From IMG/VR virus record IMGVR_UViG_3300030372_002267, positions 1 through 34,407 of that record: a DNA stretch of 34,407 nt. The stretch is one strand, 5' to 3'. Shown piece by piece: positions 8,101 to 16,569 of the stretch. The stretch's first letter is position 1; the number at the start of each line of letters is the position of its first letter. The translations under genes were made by a program, and so were the position numbers. Origin of the DNA: a virus. Its lineage: Duplodnaviria > Caudoviricetes. A model generated the notes under the pieces. It saw nothing but the letters and a program-made list of their open reading frames with translations. It did not search any database and was not told where the DNA came from.

Positions 8101-11100
8101 TTTTTTCTGTAATTAATTTTTTATCATTAGATTCTTTTATTGCTTTAATATCTAATACTTTAAGCTTTGCAGGCTCTGTAGTAGCTAGTGAATCATAAAC
8201 TTTATTTAAAGATTTTGATATATCTCTAATTGAGCTATCAGGTATAGTAAGCGTTTCATGAAAATAAGGCTCAAGATTTAATACTCTTTTGCCCATAACA
8301 TTATAAGATTGAGGAGATAATAATATATAATCAACTAATTTTTTAAGTGGTTCAGGTTGACCTTCTTTAAGTTCAATTATTTTATTTTTAACAATATCTA
8401 ATTCTTTAGCTTTATTTTCTGTTGAATTTCTATGTTTAAATAATTGCACTTTGTAGTATTTTTTTAAAGCCATTGTATTATCAGAAATTTTTCTTATTTC
8501 TTCTCTGGCTTTTTTCTCACCTTTAGCTTTACCAAGTTTTTTAACAAGCATATCTGTATACTGATTAGATACTTCATACATTTTACGAACTGATGCTATC
8601 TGTGAAAATTGATTATTAATTGTATTAACTAATTGACCATAATCAATATTACCTGATGCTAATCTTCGTTGCATCTTATCTTTACTTAAATAAGGTCGAC
8701 CATCTGTATCTTTATATCCAAAGAATGCCCATTCTTTTAATCTGCCTTTAGGCATAGATTCGTACATAGGTGCTAAAAACTTATCTATTTCAATTAATTT
8801 GTTTATATCTAAAACATCTCTAACAAAACCATCTTTTTTTAATTTATTAAATATACGAGCAGTAATATGGTCATTTTTAACTTCAGGAGTATTTTTTAAT
8901 ATCTCTGCTAATTCCCAATATTTTAAGGATATTTTAGGACCTTTAGCAGTTTTTCGTTTTGGACTTGGAGTAATAATATCATTTAAATACCTATAATCAG
9001 AACTTTCTTTTACAGCGTCAAAGGGTTCTAATTTTTTAAAAAACGATTTGTTTTTACCTGATATTTCAACATTAAATACTTCATTAAAAACATTCCTGAC
9101 AATAGATTCTCTTGTATTAAAAGTAGAATAATCTGCACTATCAGCAGACCTGTTTACGATTTCTCTACCTAAATATCTCATTAACTCAGGAGAAGATTCA
9201 TTGTCTTTTAATGTTATTTTAGCATTGCCTTCAGCTATAATTTTGCCCTTTTTTTTCTTTATTAAACGCATCTCATAGTAACCTTTTTTACTAACAAGGT
9301 CTGCAAGATTCGTCATAAAAGATTTTTGAGATACTCCATGTTTTAAAGTATTCTTGCCTTCTTTAGCACTTTCAGCTACTCTCATTCTCATTGATGGTGA
9401 AAATTTAGATACTACATTTTTATAATCAGATGCTGTACTCCCAAATATTTTATCTACATCAATAGTTCTGCCATCTTTAGATTTATATTCAGAACTTTTA
9501 TCACCAACTAATTCCCACTCATTTTTTAAATCTTTATAATGTTTTTTTAGTTTTTTACTAAAACCTTGATATAAAAACATTGAGTCAATATCTTTATCAG
9601 CACCACCCATATATCTGTCTTGTTTATTATGGGTAACAACTTTAGTACCACCATCTTTTAAAAAGCCTACAACATCTACAACTCTAGCACCACTAACAGA
9701 ATCCATTGGAATACGCACTATCGTTAGATTTAAAGCGTCTTTTAATTCAGCAGATGGATTTTTACGATATGCATCAAATACTTCACCAAGTGTAGTTAGA
9801 TTTTTATTTTTATAAACAATAGGTTTAACAGGCATTTCTCTGAATGCATTACCAAGAATAATCTGATTTTCAGTTAAAGGTCTTGATGTTTTAGTCAACC
9901 TATCAGCGTTATGAAACACATCTTCTGTTACAGATCCAAAGATGCCTTTACCTGAATATTTCCAATTAGGTCTTGTATATCTATGCATGATATATTTAGT
10001 CAACATACCTTCATAATAATCTTTACTAAGTTTATCAAGATGTCGAGCTCCAAAACTGTGCTCACCTACTCTTAGTAACCTCTTAGACCTTTCATGGTAG
10101 TTTTTCCATTGCTGACCACCAAACTCAATACTAGAATCAAGGTCTCTGGTAGAGTCCGTTTTAGAAATTACTTTTGCAACCTCCTTTGTTAAGTCATGTT
10201 TTCGATGTTTAGTATGGAGCTCAATTATTTTACTAATTGGAATATTATCTACCACAGCTTGTTTACTCTTCATATCACCTGAAGTAACAAGCTTCATTAA
10301 TTCTTTATTGTCAAACCAGTTTTCAGATTCAACTAATTTTTTAATCTTAGGGTCAAAGCCATCTGCTGACCTTTCTACAACTTCTTTAAAAAATCTTTCT
10401 ATAGCTTTTGGTGTTTGAATATCTGATAAATTTGTAGACATTTGTTTAGCAACAGAATGATTTCCTTTAACAGACTTAGCTACATTCTCAGTAGTACCGC
10501 TTGAAATTCTCCAATGTTCTACAGGCATTTCTAAAATTGATTCAGGTTTAATATTAGCTTCAATACGACCTATTGAACCTTCTTGTGCATTTTTAGATTT
10601 ATTATATTTATAAGAAACAGGGGAATATGTACCTAAATGCTTTGTAGCACTTTGAAAGAATATTGCATCTACTCCATGAAAGTCCATAAACTCCTGCCAT
10701 ACATTATTAGCTCTTTCACTAGCTAATTTCATGTAATGCATACCATGCTGATTTTTTGTTACAAATACAGGTTTGTGAAATGTAGCACCTGAAGGTAAAG
10801 CATTAACCTCAATAGCCCTATCACTTAACTTCTGTTTCATTATACCACTACCATCAGTAGCTGAATTTGTTATACCATTGTTAAATACATCGTTATCTTT
10901 AAGTACTATATATTTTAGTTTACCATTAGGTAATTCATTAATATAGTCTCTTGGATTTTGAGGAAAAAACCTGTTACCAATAAGCTGTGTACGTTTATTA
11001 AAATCAATTACATTTTTACCGTAAGTAGAATCCTTGCCATTTTTAAGCTCAACTAGTTTATAAAACTTATTAGGAGTAATAGGGTCACCTACACGATGTA

Positions 11101-13066
11101 GTCCATTAGCTTCAGCCATATAAAGTACATTGCTTATCCACATTTGGCTATGATTATTTATATGCTCTTTATTAGGTTTATTAGCACCTACATAATTAAG
11201 ATAATCTTTAAAATGTTTATCATAAACATCTCTTGAAACATTTAAAGCCCTTAATACATTGTTTAAATTATTAGGGTTAGCATCAAGATGATAATTAGCT
11301 ATTATAGCTTTACCGTTATCTTTTAAACCTGAAAATAAATACTTATTTTCTTTATGTAAATTGTTATACAATTCGCCTTTATTTTTAGGCGTTAACAACA
11401 TTTCTGTTTCAGAGCCTTTAAATACTTTATCAAAAGCATCAAGCACTTCACCATCTTTACTACGAGCATGAGTTAGTACTTTAAAGTTTCCACCTTTCAT
11501 AAGGTAATTTGCAGGTAAGTTTGTATAATTCATACCAACACTAGTACCAAAAAAATCACCATAAACATTAGGCTCAACAGTAATTTCTTTTTCATTATTA
11601 ATTTCTATAGCATAAACATTTTGTTTTACACTATTTCTACGCTTTTGATAATAGTCAATAAAATCTCTTTTATTTTTTTGAACAAAACTTTTTGTTTTAT
11701 CAAAGCTGTTTAAAAAATCATCTACACCTTGTTTCCCATCCTTAAAAGCTTTATCAATCTCAACTTTAATATCATCAAGTTTAAAATCTTTTATATTTTC
11801 GCCTTTATCTTGCTGGCGTTTAGCAAGTCTATCAATCAAGTTTCTAGTTTGACTATCCATATCTACAGGGTCAAATACATCCTGTTGTTTCTCAAATTTA
11901 CTTTCATGTAAATCAGGATTGTTTATATCTGTTTCTATTCCTGTAAATGGATTCTTTTTACGATACGCATTGTATGCAATGTGTCTATATGCGTCATTCA
12001 AGTCAGCTTGAGTGTAAGAGGTAGGGGATTTATTAGGCTCTACAACAGAGAGATAATTTCTCGCATAAAGGTCAATATCATGCTTTTGTACCTTAGCCCA
12101 TCTTACAGCTTCTTGAGTAGACAAGTCTTTTATATATTCTTGTGCTTTAGGAGTGTATTTTTTAAAATCTTTATTTGTTTCAGGTTTATAAGCTTCAGCA
12201 GGATAATGACTATCTTTTAATCCTTGAACGAATTTACTGCCTTCAGCTTCATGTGCAGGTCTTGATTTATAGCCAAAGAATCCACCTAGTATAGTCTCAT
12301 ACATTATCATTTCTATTGGTTCATCTCTTAGATAGGCTGGCAAACCCTGGACTGATGCTCCAAGAGAAGTCTTTAAAATAGCCTCAGCTCTCTTCGCTTG
12401 TTCAGGTGAACCTTTAAGCATATTATTTAAGCTTACAAAGTTGCCTATACCACCAAATAATCCACCTGCAATTGCACCACCTGTAAATGTACTTAAATAT
12501 GCATCTGGTCCTTCCCAGATTCCAGAGATAGTTGAGGCTGTTCCAAGACCAACTGCTTCCTCTAATATTCCCCTCGTCTTAGAGCCTTTCATTAAGTATT
12601 CTCTAGCATCTAATCCACTCTTCTCTAAACCTCTGTCTAAGAGGCTTTTAGAGGCTTTAGAACCCAACATAGGGGCAGAAATGTTTAACTTTCCAAACTT
12701 CTCAACACCCTCTAATGCTTTAGCAGTTTTAGCAAGCCCAGCTTTACCTGCTCTTTTAGCTAAATAACTAGCAGGACCTGCCATAATAGATGGGGCGAAA
12801 CCTGCAAGATGACCAAGTGAATGGGCTATGCGTTCATATGTATTAGTAGGTTTATCACCAACAGGTAGAGTGGTTAAACCTTCTACAAATCCTGTAGATA
12901 ATTGTCCTAGAGTACTGAAAAAGCTGAAGTCATCATGCTTTCGAGTAAACTCAATATTAGACATATTAGCTAATTCTTCAAGCTCGTCTAATTGGTCCTC
13001 GTTAAATAAATGAGGATTTTTATTGTACTCAGATATAAGAGAGGTTACTCTCTGGTTATAGGACAT
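5174..13066 (-). CDS. giant internal virion/ejection protein containing a putative double-psi-beta-barrel RNA polymerase (virion RNAP), 2630 aa
   Basis: TDGSG (D738), IVRIP (R1118) and GGADKDID (D1157-D1161, nt 9584-9598); C-terminal ATQFLY...RPAFMR...GRFKTF typical of large ejection proteins; placed at the end of the tail module. Confidence 0.75.
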   Translation of the reverse strand: MSYNQRVTSLISEYNKNPHLFNEDQLDELEELANMSNIEFTRKHDDFSFFSTLGQLSTGFVEGLTTLPVGDKPTNTYERIAHSLGHLAGFAPSIMAGPASYLAKRAGKAGLAKTAKALEGVEKFGKLNISAPMLGSKASKSLLDRGLEKSGLDAREYLMKGSKTRGILEEAVGLGTASTISGIWEGPDAYLSTFTGGAIAGGLFGGIGNFVSLNNMLKGSPEQAKRAEAILKTSLGASVQGLPAYLRDEPIEMIMYETILGGFFGYKSRPAHEAEGSKFVQGLKDSHYPAEAYKPETNKDFKKYTPKAQEYIKDLSTQEAVRWAKVQKHDIDLYARNYLSVVEPNKSPTSYTQADLNDAYRHIAYNAYRKKNPFTGIETDINNPDLHESKFEKQQDVFDPVDMDSQTRNLIDRLAKRQQDKGENIKDFKLDDIKVEIDKAFKDGKQGVDDFLNSFDKTKSFVQKNKRDFIDYYQKRRNSVKQNVYAIEINNEKEITVEPNVYGDFFGTSVGMNYTNLPANYLMKGGNFKVLTHARSKDGEVLDAFDKVFKGSETEMLLTPKNKGELYNNLHKENKYLFSGLKDNGKAIIANYHLDANPNNLNNVLRALNVSRDVYDKHFKDYLNYVGANKPNKEHINNHSQMWISNVLYMAEANGLHRVGDPITPNKFYKLVELKNGKDSTYGKNVIDFNKRTQLIGNRFFPQNPRDYINELPNGKLKYIVLKDNDVFNNGITNSATDGSGIMKQKLSDRAIEVNALPSGATFHKPVFVTKNQHGMHYMKLASERANNVWQEFMDFHGVDAIFFQSATKHLGTYSPVSYKYNKSKNAQEGSIGRIEANIKPESILEMPVEHWRISSGTTENVAKSVKGNHSVAKQMSTNLSDIQTPKAIERFFKEVVERSADGFDPKIKKLVESENWFDNKELMKLVTSGDMKSKQAVVDNIPISKIIELHTKHRKHDLTKEVAKVISKTDSTRDLDSSIEFGGQQWKNYHERSKRLLRVGEHSFGARHLDKLSKDYYEGMLTKYIMHRYTRPNWKYSGKGIFGSVTEDVFHNADRLTKTSRPLTENQIILGNAFREMPVKPIVYKNKNLTTLGEVFDAYRKNPSAELKDALNLTIVRIPMDSVSGARVVDVVGFLKDGGTKVVTHNKQDRYMGGADKDIDSMFLYQGFSKKLKKHYKDLKNEWELVGDKSSEYKSKDGRTIDVDKIFGSTASDYKNVVSKFSPSMRMRVAESAKEGKNTLKHGVSQKSFMTNLADLVSKKGYYEMRLIKKKKGKIIAEGNAKITLKDNESSPELMRYLGREIVNRSADSADYSTFNTRESIVRNVFNEVFNVEISGKNKSFFKKLEPFDAVKESSDYRYLNDIITPSPKRKTAKGPKISLKYWELAEILKNTPEVKNDHITARIFNKLKKDGFVRDVLDINKLIEIDKFLAPMYESMPKGRLKEWAFFGYKDTDGRPYLSKDKMQRRLASGNIDYGQLVNTINNQFSQIASVRKMYEVSNQYTDMLVKKLGKAKGEKKAREEIRKISDNTMALKKYYKVQLFKHRNSTENKAKELDIVKNKIIELKEGQPEPLKKLVDYILLSPQSYNVMGKRVLNLEPYFHETLTIPDSSIRDISKSLNKVYDSLATTEPAKLKVLDIKAIKESNDKKLITEKTPKETHQEIIDKLLGADPIKSKATTKQELEVLSELRGNFDKHFRNKADIENFFTSWTYETGGLGESERQLKHDVQRFEAIQRPVLTLDGVKLKPVYQYTSTYGALRKWMNNAEAGSDKSLNAYLSKSERNLQKIFKYRNDLPTGESDKITKLVHNIRQNKYDKVEYDVTKDKLYKELPDIIKVDGKSYTKKELIDKVNKDANTFFEGFRKEWINDGKTESWLDRRKDGTIDVDKFVKKYIDPNYATPNLEKIPFDVLKRVRFQMILNDLKARGIKPKTYNKIKEKFKKDADTGKIEFDKYFPHTNFGYNSKARKQISEFVDKEFKAVYRQAKGKGKTDKQALKEANARKEFLENTFETSRNDSQFNDLLFESLSFNKLKPEQIEKRLDHIGFGSAPDTAKSRTANLKGYDTRSSVFDTYSKQWVHSNYRAQASIMAHHRIADMMKRKAFDKDVKLTKKQLEHYTKAGYSKEAPITEAVSDYLRFYIRDSFGHHSFFEQRIADGMNATDPLRLKKNLYYLSSDQALVNGIERIRTQFEKHGYKMPFMKDLPSGVEARKKYYARMFRNLGTTEARFQLLSLLSNTGTMTANIFGGTTMTISSAGLRNWVKANDKKFIFNELLKDTTLNLQSGSKVKNMKDLRQWVAEKGVIDTYIKNELEVNPSLKKALGGKLDAFKSFTKEYSKLIKQNPDVRDETVFELANRFGVKDAIIKVGALPMTVTERYLRFNSYLAHAIKARDILGKDLKLDDPFVIDYAMKGIEATQFLYSAPNRPAFMRTSLGKVLGRFKTFAYNSVRTRKELYKQAKLYGFKEGTDSFNKFKDLFIIDMFTMALGSMFAYSLFDTALPPPYDWLQETSQWLFGDKQERDRAFFGQYPYPIAPLQIITPPVARIPMSVFSSALNNDWERFMDYHIHTMYPFGRVVRQIDQTFDEPYGTTFGRGMQQFFRLPTDKLAKRYKKSQLEESKREYIEGILDG

Positions 13067-13105
13067 GTTTATAATTTATTTCTGTTTGGTTGTGGCTAAG
13101 TATAA

Positions 13106-13735
13106 TTAAGATGCGTAAGCTAATAGATTGTCTAATCTTTGCATACTACTATCATATTGACCATATCCTAATGGGTCTTGTGCTTTCTTATAGTATTTAT
13201 TATTATGCATCATAGAACGCATCCGTGCTATCGCTTCTTTAGAGGCTTCTTTACCTTTATCACTAACCTTGCCTGCAAAGTGCATAGCTTCATCTGCTAA
13301 GTTTCCTCCTGCTGATGAAACTTTACTTGCAACATTACCTGCTCCTGACGCTACACCTCCAAGACCACCAACTGCTTTCAAGCCTCTGGCTCCTACTCCA
13401 AATAAAGCTGTTCCTGTGCCAAAGCCTGTTGCTAACCCTAAGAGGTCCCCAACGCCTGAACCTATCTTGCCTGATAAAGACTCAAATCCATAATCTTCTC
13501 CAATCTCTCTAGGCTCCCAACTATTGGGTAGCATTCCTAGTGTTAAGCCTTCACCCATGTTGTATAATAACTTTTGCATACCTTTTGATTCAGCTTTAAA
13601 TGGTAAGTCATACATGTATGCTATTTGAGCGATTGATTCACCCTGATTCTTGTCAAATAATTGAGGGTTTTTATTATACCTACTTACAAGCTCTACAGCT
13701 TTTCTGTATTGGGGTGATAATTTATGTGGTATCAT
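13106..13735 (-). CDS. putative internal virion/ejection protein (209 aa), paralogous to the N-terminus of the giant protein
   Basis: Shares YNKNPxLF and EGLT motifs with the giant protein; Gly/Ala-rich amphipathic region. Confidence 0.7.
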   Translation of the reverse strand: MIPHKLSPQYRKAVELVSRYNKNPQLFDKNQGESIAQIAYMYDLPFKAESKGMQKLLYNMGEGLTLGMLPNSWEPREIGEDYGFESLSGKIGSGVGDLLGLATGFGTGTALFGVGARGLKAVGGLGGVASGAGNVASKVSSAGGNLADEAMHFAGKVSDKGKEASKEAIARMRSMMHNNKYYKKAQDPLGYGQYDSSMQRLDNLLAYAS

Positions 13736-13743
13736 ATTTTATC

Positions 13744-14352
13744 CTATTCTTTAATAATTTGTGGATTTGAAAATATAGAGCCATTGCCAAGCAAAGAATT
13801 TATAGCATCATTATCTGTACCTGAAGAATTGCCTAATAATTGAGCGTATTGCAACATGTCAAACAAACTATATCCTGCATTAGGATTTTGATTCATTATA
13901 TCTAATAATTGTTTCGCTCTATCTCCTTTGCTAGGAGCTTCTGGTAAAAGACCTTGTGATTGGTAGTCCATAGGCTTCATTTCAGATGGAGATTTCATAC
14001 TTTCTCCTGTAAACCATCTTTTAGCCATTTTATCTAAAAATCCTGTATCTTCATATTTTTGAGCATAATCTTCTCTAGCTTGGTCATAAGCCTGATTGTA
14101 ATCATATTCAGCACTCTTCTGACCAAGAATAGATTGCATTAATGCATTGTTAATATTAGTTCTAGCGTCTAAAGTGTCTTTAGCAACTTTAGTCCTATCT
14201 TTCTCCATTTCAAGGTATTCATTTTTTATAGCTCTATCTAAAGCACTTTCATCTTTTTGATGCTGTCTATCTAAATGACTTTGAATGTTTTTATTAAAAT
14301 TTTCACCAAAATTAAATTGATTTTGGTATCTAAACATATTTGGTCCTGCCAT
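13744..14352 (-). CDS. putative internal virion protein (202 aa)
   Basis: Q/N/D-rich, helical-looking sequence; lies within the ejection cassette. Confidence 0.6.
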   Translation of the reverse strand: MAGPNMFRYQNQFNFGENFNKNIQSHLDRQHQKDESALDRAIKNEYLEMEKDRTKVAKDTLDARTNINNALMQSILGQKSAEYDYNQAYDQAREDYAQKYEDTGFLDKMAKRWFTGESMKSPSEMKPMDYQSQGLLPEAPSKGDRAKQLLDIMNQNPNAGYSLFDMLQYAQLLGNSSGTDNDAINSLLGNGSIFSNPQIIKE

Positions 14353-15636
14353 TTATTGTACCTCGTTTATTAAGTTTGCAACTGCGTTTAATTCTTCAAT
14401 CATACTATTAATAGGCACGCCTCCGATTCTATAACCTTTATCTTCAGTTAATAAATCAAAGCTTCTTTCAACTCCGTTATACCAATCAACCTTGATTATC
14501 TTGCTATTATTAATATAATTGCCTACATTATAATTCTTAGCTCTAACATCATTAATTCTGTGCATATCACAAGTATCTATTTCAGTTCCATTTTCTAAAT
14601 GTATTTTCAAGAATCGTTTAATATCTGGATTCTCAGCATATTCATGTTTTTGTAATACTTTTACAAGCTCGCCATCAAAACCAATAACTGCGTCTCCTGC
14701 TTTTAAATGCTCAATACTTTGCATACCTACAGGCGTATCTATCATCGTTCCCTCAGGTATACATAAAAAAGTCATTTTGGCTGATGCTACGCCACCTATA
14801 ATATTCCCAGCTTGATTCCATATCGAATCACCTCTCTGCTGATTATTCATAGCTTGATTATAATTACCTTGCAAGCCAAATTCAGTAGCTTGATTTTGAG
14901 CATCTGCATTAAACATTGACATTTGATTTGCTTGACTAGCATTAAACTGATTATTTGCTTGACCTAAGCTAGCCCCTGCCATTCCCAAGTTTCCTGCACC
15001 TTGATATAATGTGCCAGCTCCTTGTTGTAATCCACCTGCCATATTAAGTAGACTTCCAGCTCCTTGCATTCCTTGCATTCCCATACCACCATATGTAGTA
15101 GCTAATCCTAAACCTTGGTCTAACATTGACTCATAACCACTACCTACTTGTTGCATTGCAGTATTACTTTGTTTTCCTGCTATAATATCTCTTAATCCTT
15201 TACTACCAGCACCCATACCAGCTAAAGCTTCAGCACCTTGTCTAGCACCCATAGTAGCCTGAGAAGATAAATCTCCCATCATGTTTTGACGCATTCGTGC
15301 ATACATAGGATTTGAACCATCAGCAAAGCTTTGACTCTGGTTTAAAAAGTTCTGACCTGCTCCCATTAAAGCATTACTAACACCACCCATTTGACCTGCT
15401 GTTTGATTCATCAATCCAGCCTGTCCACCCATGTTGTTCATAGCTTGGTTTAAAAAACCCATATCCTGACCTGCTGATGTTGTGGTAGTGGCTGTTGCAG
15501 GATTGTAATCCCAATTTTGATTTAACGCTTGTGGTGACCCAAAAGGGTTTGCATCATTCCAAGGAGTGATAGACGCAAAAGCATCATTTACTCCTCCTAG
15601 TCCTATACTATCTAAACCTGCACTTAACCAACTCAT
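14353..15636 (-). CDS. putative DNA ejection/pilot protein with a C-terminal Hint (intein-like) domain
   Basis: G/Q/M/N/A-rich N-terminal 290 aa; Hint domain from CIPEGTMI (C292) through DTCDMHRI to SFDLLTEDKGYRIGGVPIN-S (N410/S411). Confidence 0.75.
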   Translation of the reverse strand: MSWLSAGLDSIGLGGVNDAFASITPWNDANPFGSPQALNQNWDYNPATATTTTSAGQDMGFLNQAMNNMGGQAGLMNQTAGQMGGVSNALMGAGQNFLNQSQSFADGSNPMYARMRQNMMGDLSSQATMGARQGAEALAGMGAGSKGLRDIIAGKQSNTAMQQVGSGYESMLDQGLGLATTYGGMGMQGMQGAGSLLNMAGGLQQGAGTLYQGAGNLGMAGASLGQANNQFNASQANQMSMFNADAQNQATEFGLQGNYNQAMNNQQRGDSIWNQAGNIIGGVASAKMTFLCIPEGTMIDTPVGMQSIEHLKAGDAVIGFDGELVKVLQKHEYAENPDIKRFLKIHLENGTEIDTCDMHRINDVRAKNYNVGNYINNSKIIKVDWYNGVERSFDLLTEDKGYRIGGVPINSMIEELNAVANLINEVQ

Positions 15637-15648
15637 ATTATTTCTCCT

Positions 15649-16569
15649 TTATACTCCTTGAGTTCCATCATATCTAAAAATTATTGTTGCATTTGTATCA
15701 TTTGCATCATTTGTAGGGTCAAAGCTAATTGCTATTATATCCCCTGCACTAAAAGTATTATTTGTAGTAAAATCAAATTTATATGCAATATCATCATAAT
15801 GCATGTCTACTGTTACTTCAGCACTTGCTGTTGAATTAGGGACTTCTGTACCTGAACTAGATTTATGAAGTCCTACAATTGTTGATCCACAAACCTCTTC
15901 ACTCCTAAAAATTACTTGGTCTAAATATCCATCAAAAGGTACAACCATATGTCTCCATTCATTGCCACCTGATAAAGAAAATGACTCACCTGTAGTAGCA
16001 CCAAGAGGTATATAAACTTTTGTTCCTGCTGTAGAGCTATAATTAAAGCCACTTGTCTTTATATGTTTAAATGTATTATCTACATATGCTTTAATACTTG
16101 AACTTGAACTTATCTTTTTATTGCCAGAGATTCCTGTGCCAACCATATCATCATCATCAATAAATTCAATAATATATCCACTACCATCATTGAATGATAA
16201 TCTTTGCATATTAGTAAGCCTATAATCACCCATATCAAGATGACCTGTCATAGTACCACCTGAGAGATTAAGCTTGGTAGCAAGTCCATCATATACTACA
16301 TGATTCTCAACAGGATTAGCACTTGAATCACTTAATGCATCATCAACAGTTATAGAGCCTACATAGTTCTTTAATTGTAAGCCTGTAACATATTTTGTAG
16401 AAGTTGCAGTATCATCTCCACCAACATCTATAAGAAATATATCATCATCAGCAATAGTAATACTTGTTCCATCTGTAGCTTGTTTAACGGATACATATAA
16501 CCCTTTAACCATTCTTATATTTGGATTAGCGTCTGGAGGGGCAATATCTGAAGCAAGAGTTATAGGCAT
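15649..16569 (-). CDS. tail fibre / virion structural protein (306 aa)
   Basis: Fibre-type motifs VDDALSDSSANPVEN, LNLSGGTMTGHLDM and SIKAYVD; beta-rich C-terminal domain. Confidence 0.65.
   Translation of the reverse strand: MPITLASDIAPPDANPNIRMVKGLYVSVKQATDGTSITIADDDIFLIDVGGDDTATSTKYVTGLQLKNYVGSITVDDALSDSSANPVENHVVYDGLATKLNLSGGTMTGHLDMGDYRLTNMQRLSFNDGSGYIIEFIDDDDMVGTGISGNKKISSSSSIKAYVDNTFKHIKTSGFNYSSTAGTKVYIPLGATTGESFSLSGGNEWRHMVVPFDGYLDQVIFRSEEVCGSTIVGLHKSSSGTEVPNSTASAEVTVDMHYDDIAYKFDFTTNNTFSAGDIIAISFDPTNDANDTNATIIFRYDGTQGV

Noticed and set aside
6195-13512. Plus-strand short ORFs opposite the giant protein and its neighbour (also 18417, 23365 and 33800)
   Set aside because: Antisense shadows of long coding genes, with no RBS or motif support.
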